A stretch of DNA of 64,000 nt from Oopsacas minuta. Lineage: Eukaryota > Animalia > Porifera. The notes beneath the pieces are model-generated. The model saw nothing but the letters and a program-made list of their open reading frames with translations, was not told where the DNA came from and ran no database searches. A program made the position numbers and the translations under genes. The stretch lies in assembly GCA_024704765.1 (NCBI GenBank), contig JAKMXF010000316.1, positions 62,001-126,000 on the forward strand, read 5' to 3'. Shown here one piece after another: positions 63,537 through 64,000 of this stretch; position 1 is the stretch's first letter; every line of letters starts with the position of its first letter.

Positions 63537-64000
63537 ATGCGTAGCAAATTATACTAAAAATGTGAAGCAAGTAGGTTTGTTGGATACTCTTGAGGACCTC
63601 ACAAAGGCAAAGGGTAATTATGCGGGATATCGCTGTATCGTGAACTGATTTGTACATGTTTTGAGATCTTGAATTTAATATCTCATTTTCGCTTTGTTTC
63701 AGAGCTCATTAGTTGAATGCTCTACCTTGTCAAATGGCCAGAATGGTAACTCTGTAATGTTCATTGATTTAGTTTACTGAATCCTCCGATATTCGCGATT
63801 GTACTCTGTATATTTGTTGAATCAAATATGTATTGTTTTCTAGCAATTTCTCTCAATCTCTTTTCTCATATGGAACTAATTTTGGAATTCTTGGACAATT
63901 CTACGCCTAAAAAGTTTCTAATTCCTCCTAAAGCTACAGCTCTTAATGCTCTAAGGATAATATTATTTAAGCAAGATTTAGATATCCACGTGGACGATCT

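Noticed and set aside
60733-63544. Exact boundaries and TSD for the last hAT element
   Set aside because: Candidate TIRs match only 13/16 and the 8-bp flanks (AACTTACA vs ATGCGTAG) differ, so the ends are left as tentative.

Overview
AT-rich eukaryotic DNA (spliceosomal-type introns, eukaryotic transposon superfamilies) that is mostly a nested transposon graveyard. My unverified impression is a non-bilaterian invertebrate such as a sponge; the species cannot be read from the sequence. Two host genes are clear: an intronless DIPK1/FAM69-like kinase (11001-12206) and a two-exon pygopus-like PHD gene (49381-52823, minus). Main results: (1) Three families of RAG1/Transib-type transposons. Two have complete ends starting with the canonical RSS heptamer CACAGTG followed by a second conserved block at unequal spacing on the two ends (14/23 bp and 8/16 bp). 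The transposase has a RAG1 nonamer-binding-domain-like region, and no RAG2-like gene lies inside the elements. The third, decayed family has a CxxCxxxGH C-terminal tail. (2) One mariner element is split into three pieces, and its ends and target-site duplications show that the ~20 kb between two inverted RAG1-like copies (1956-21799) is inverted, either really or by misassembly. (3) An uninterrupted ~930-codon tyrosine-recombinase ORF with zinc fingers and a duplicated C-terminal module. The rest is Tc1/mariner, hAT, Mutator and Ginger remnants and MITEs. No rRNA, tRNA or CRISPR array was recognised. All protein assignments are by-eye motif matches; no database search was run.
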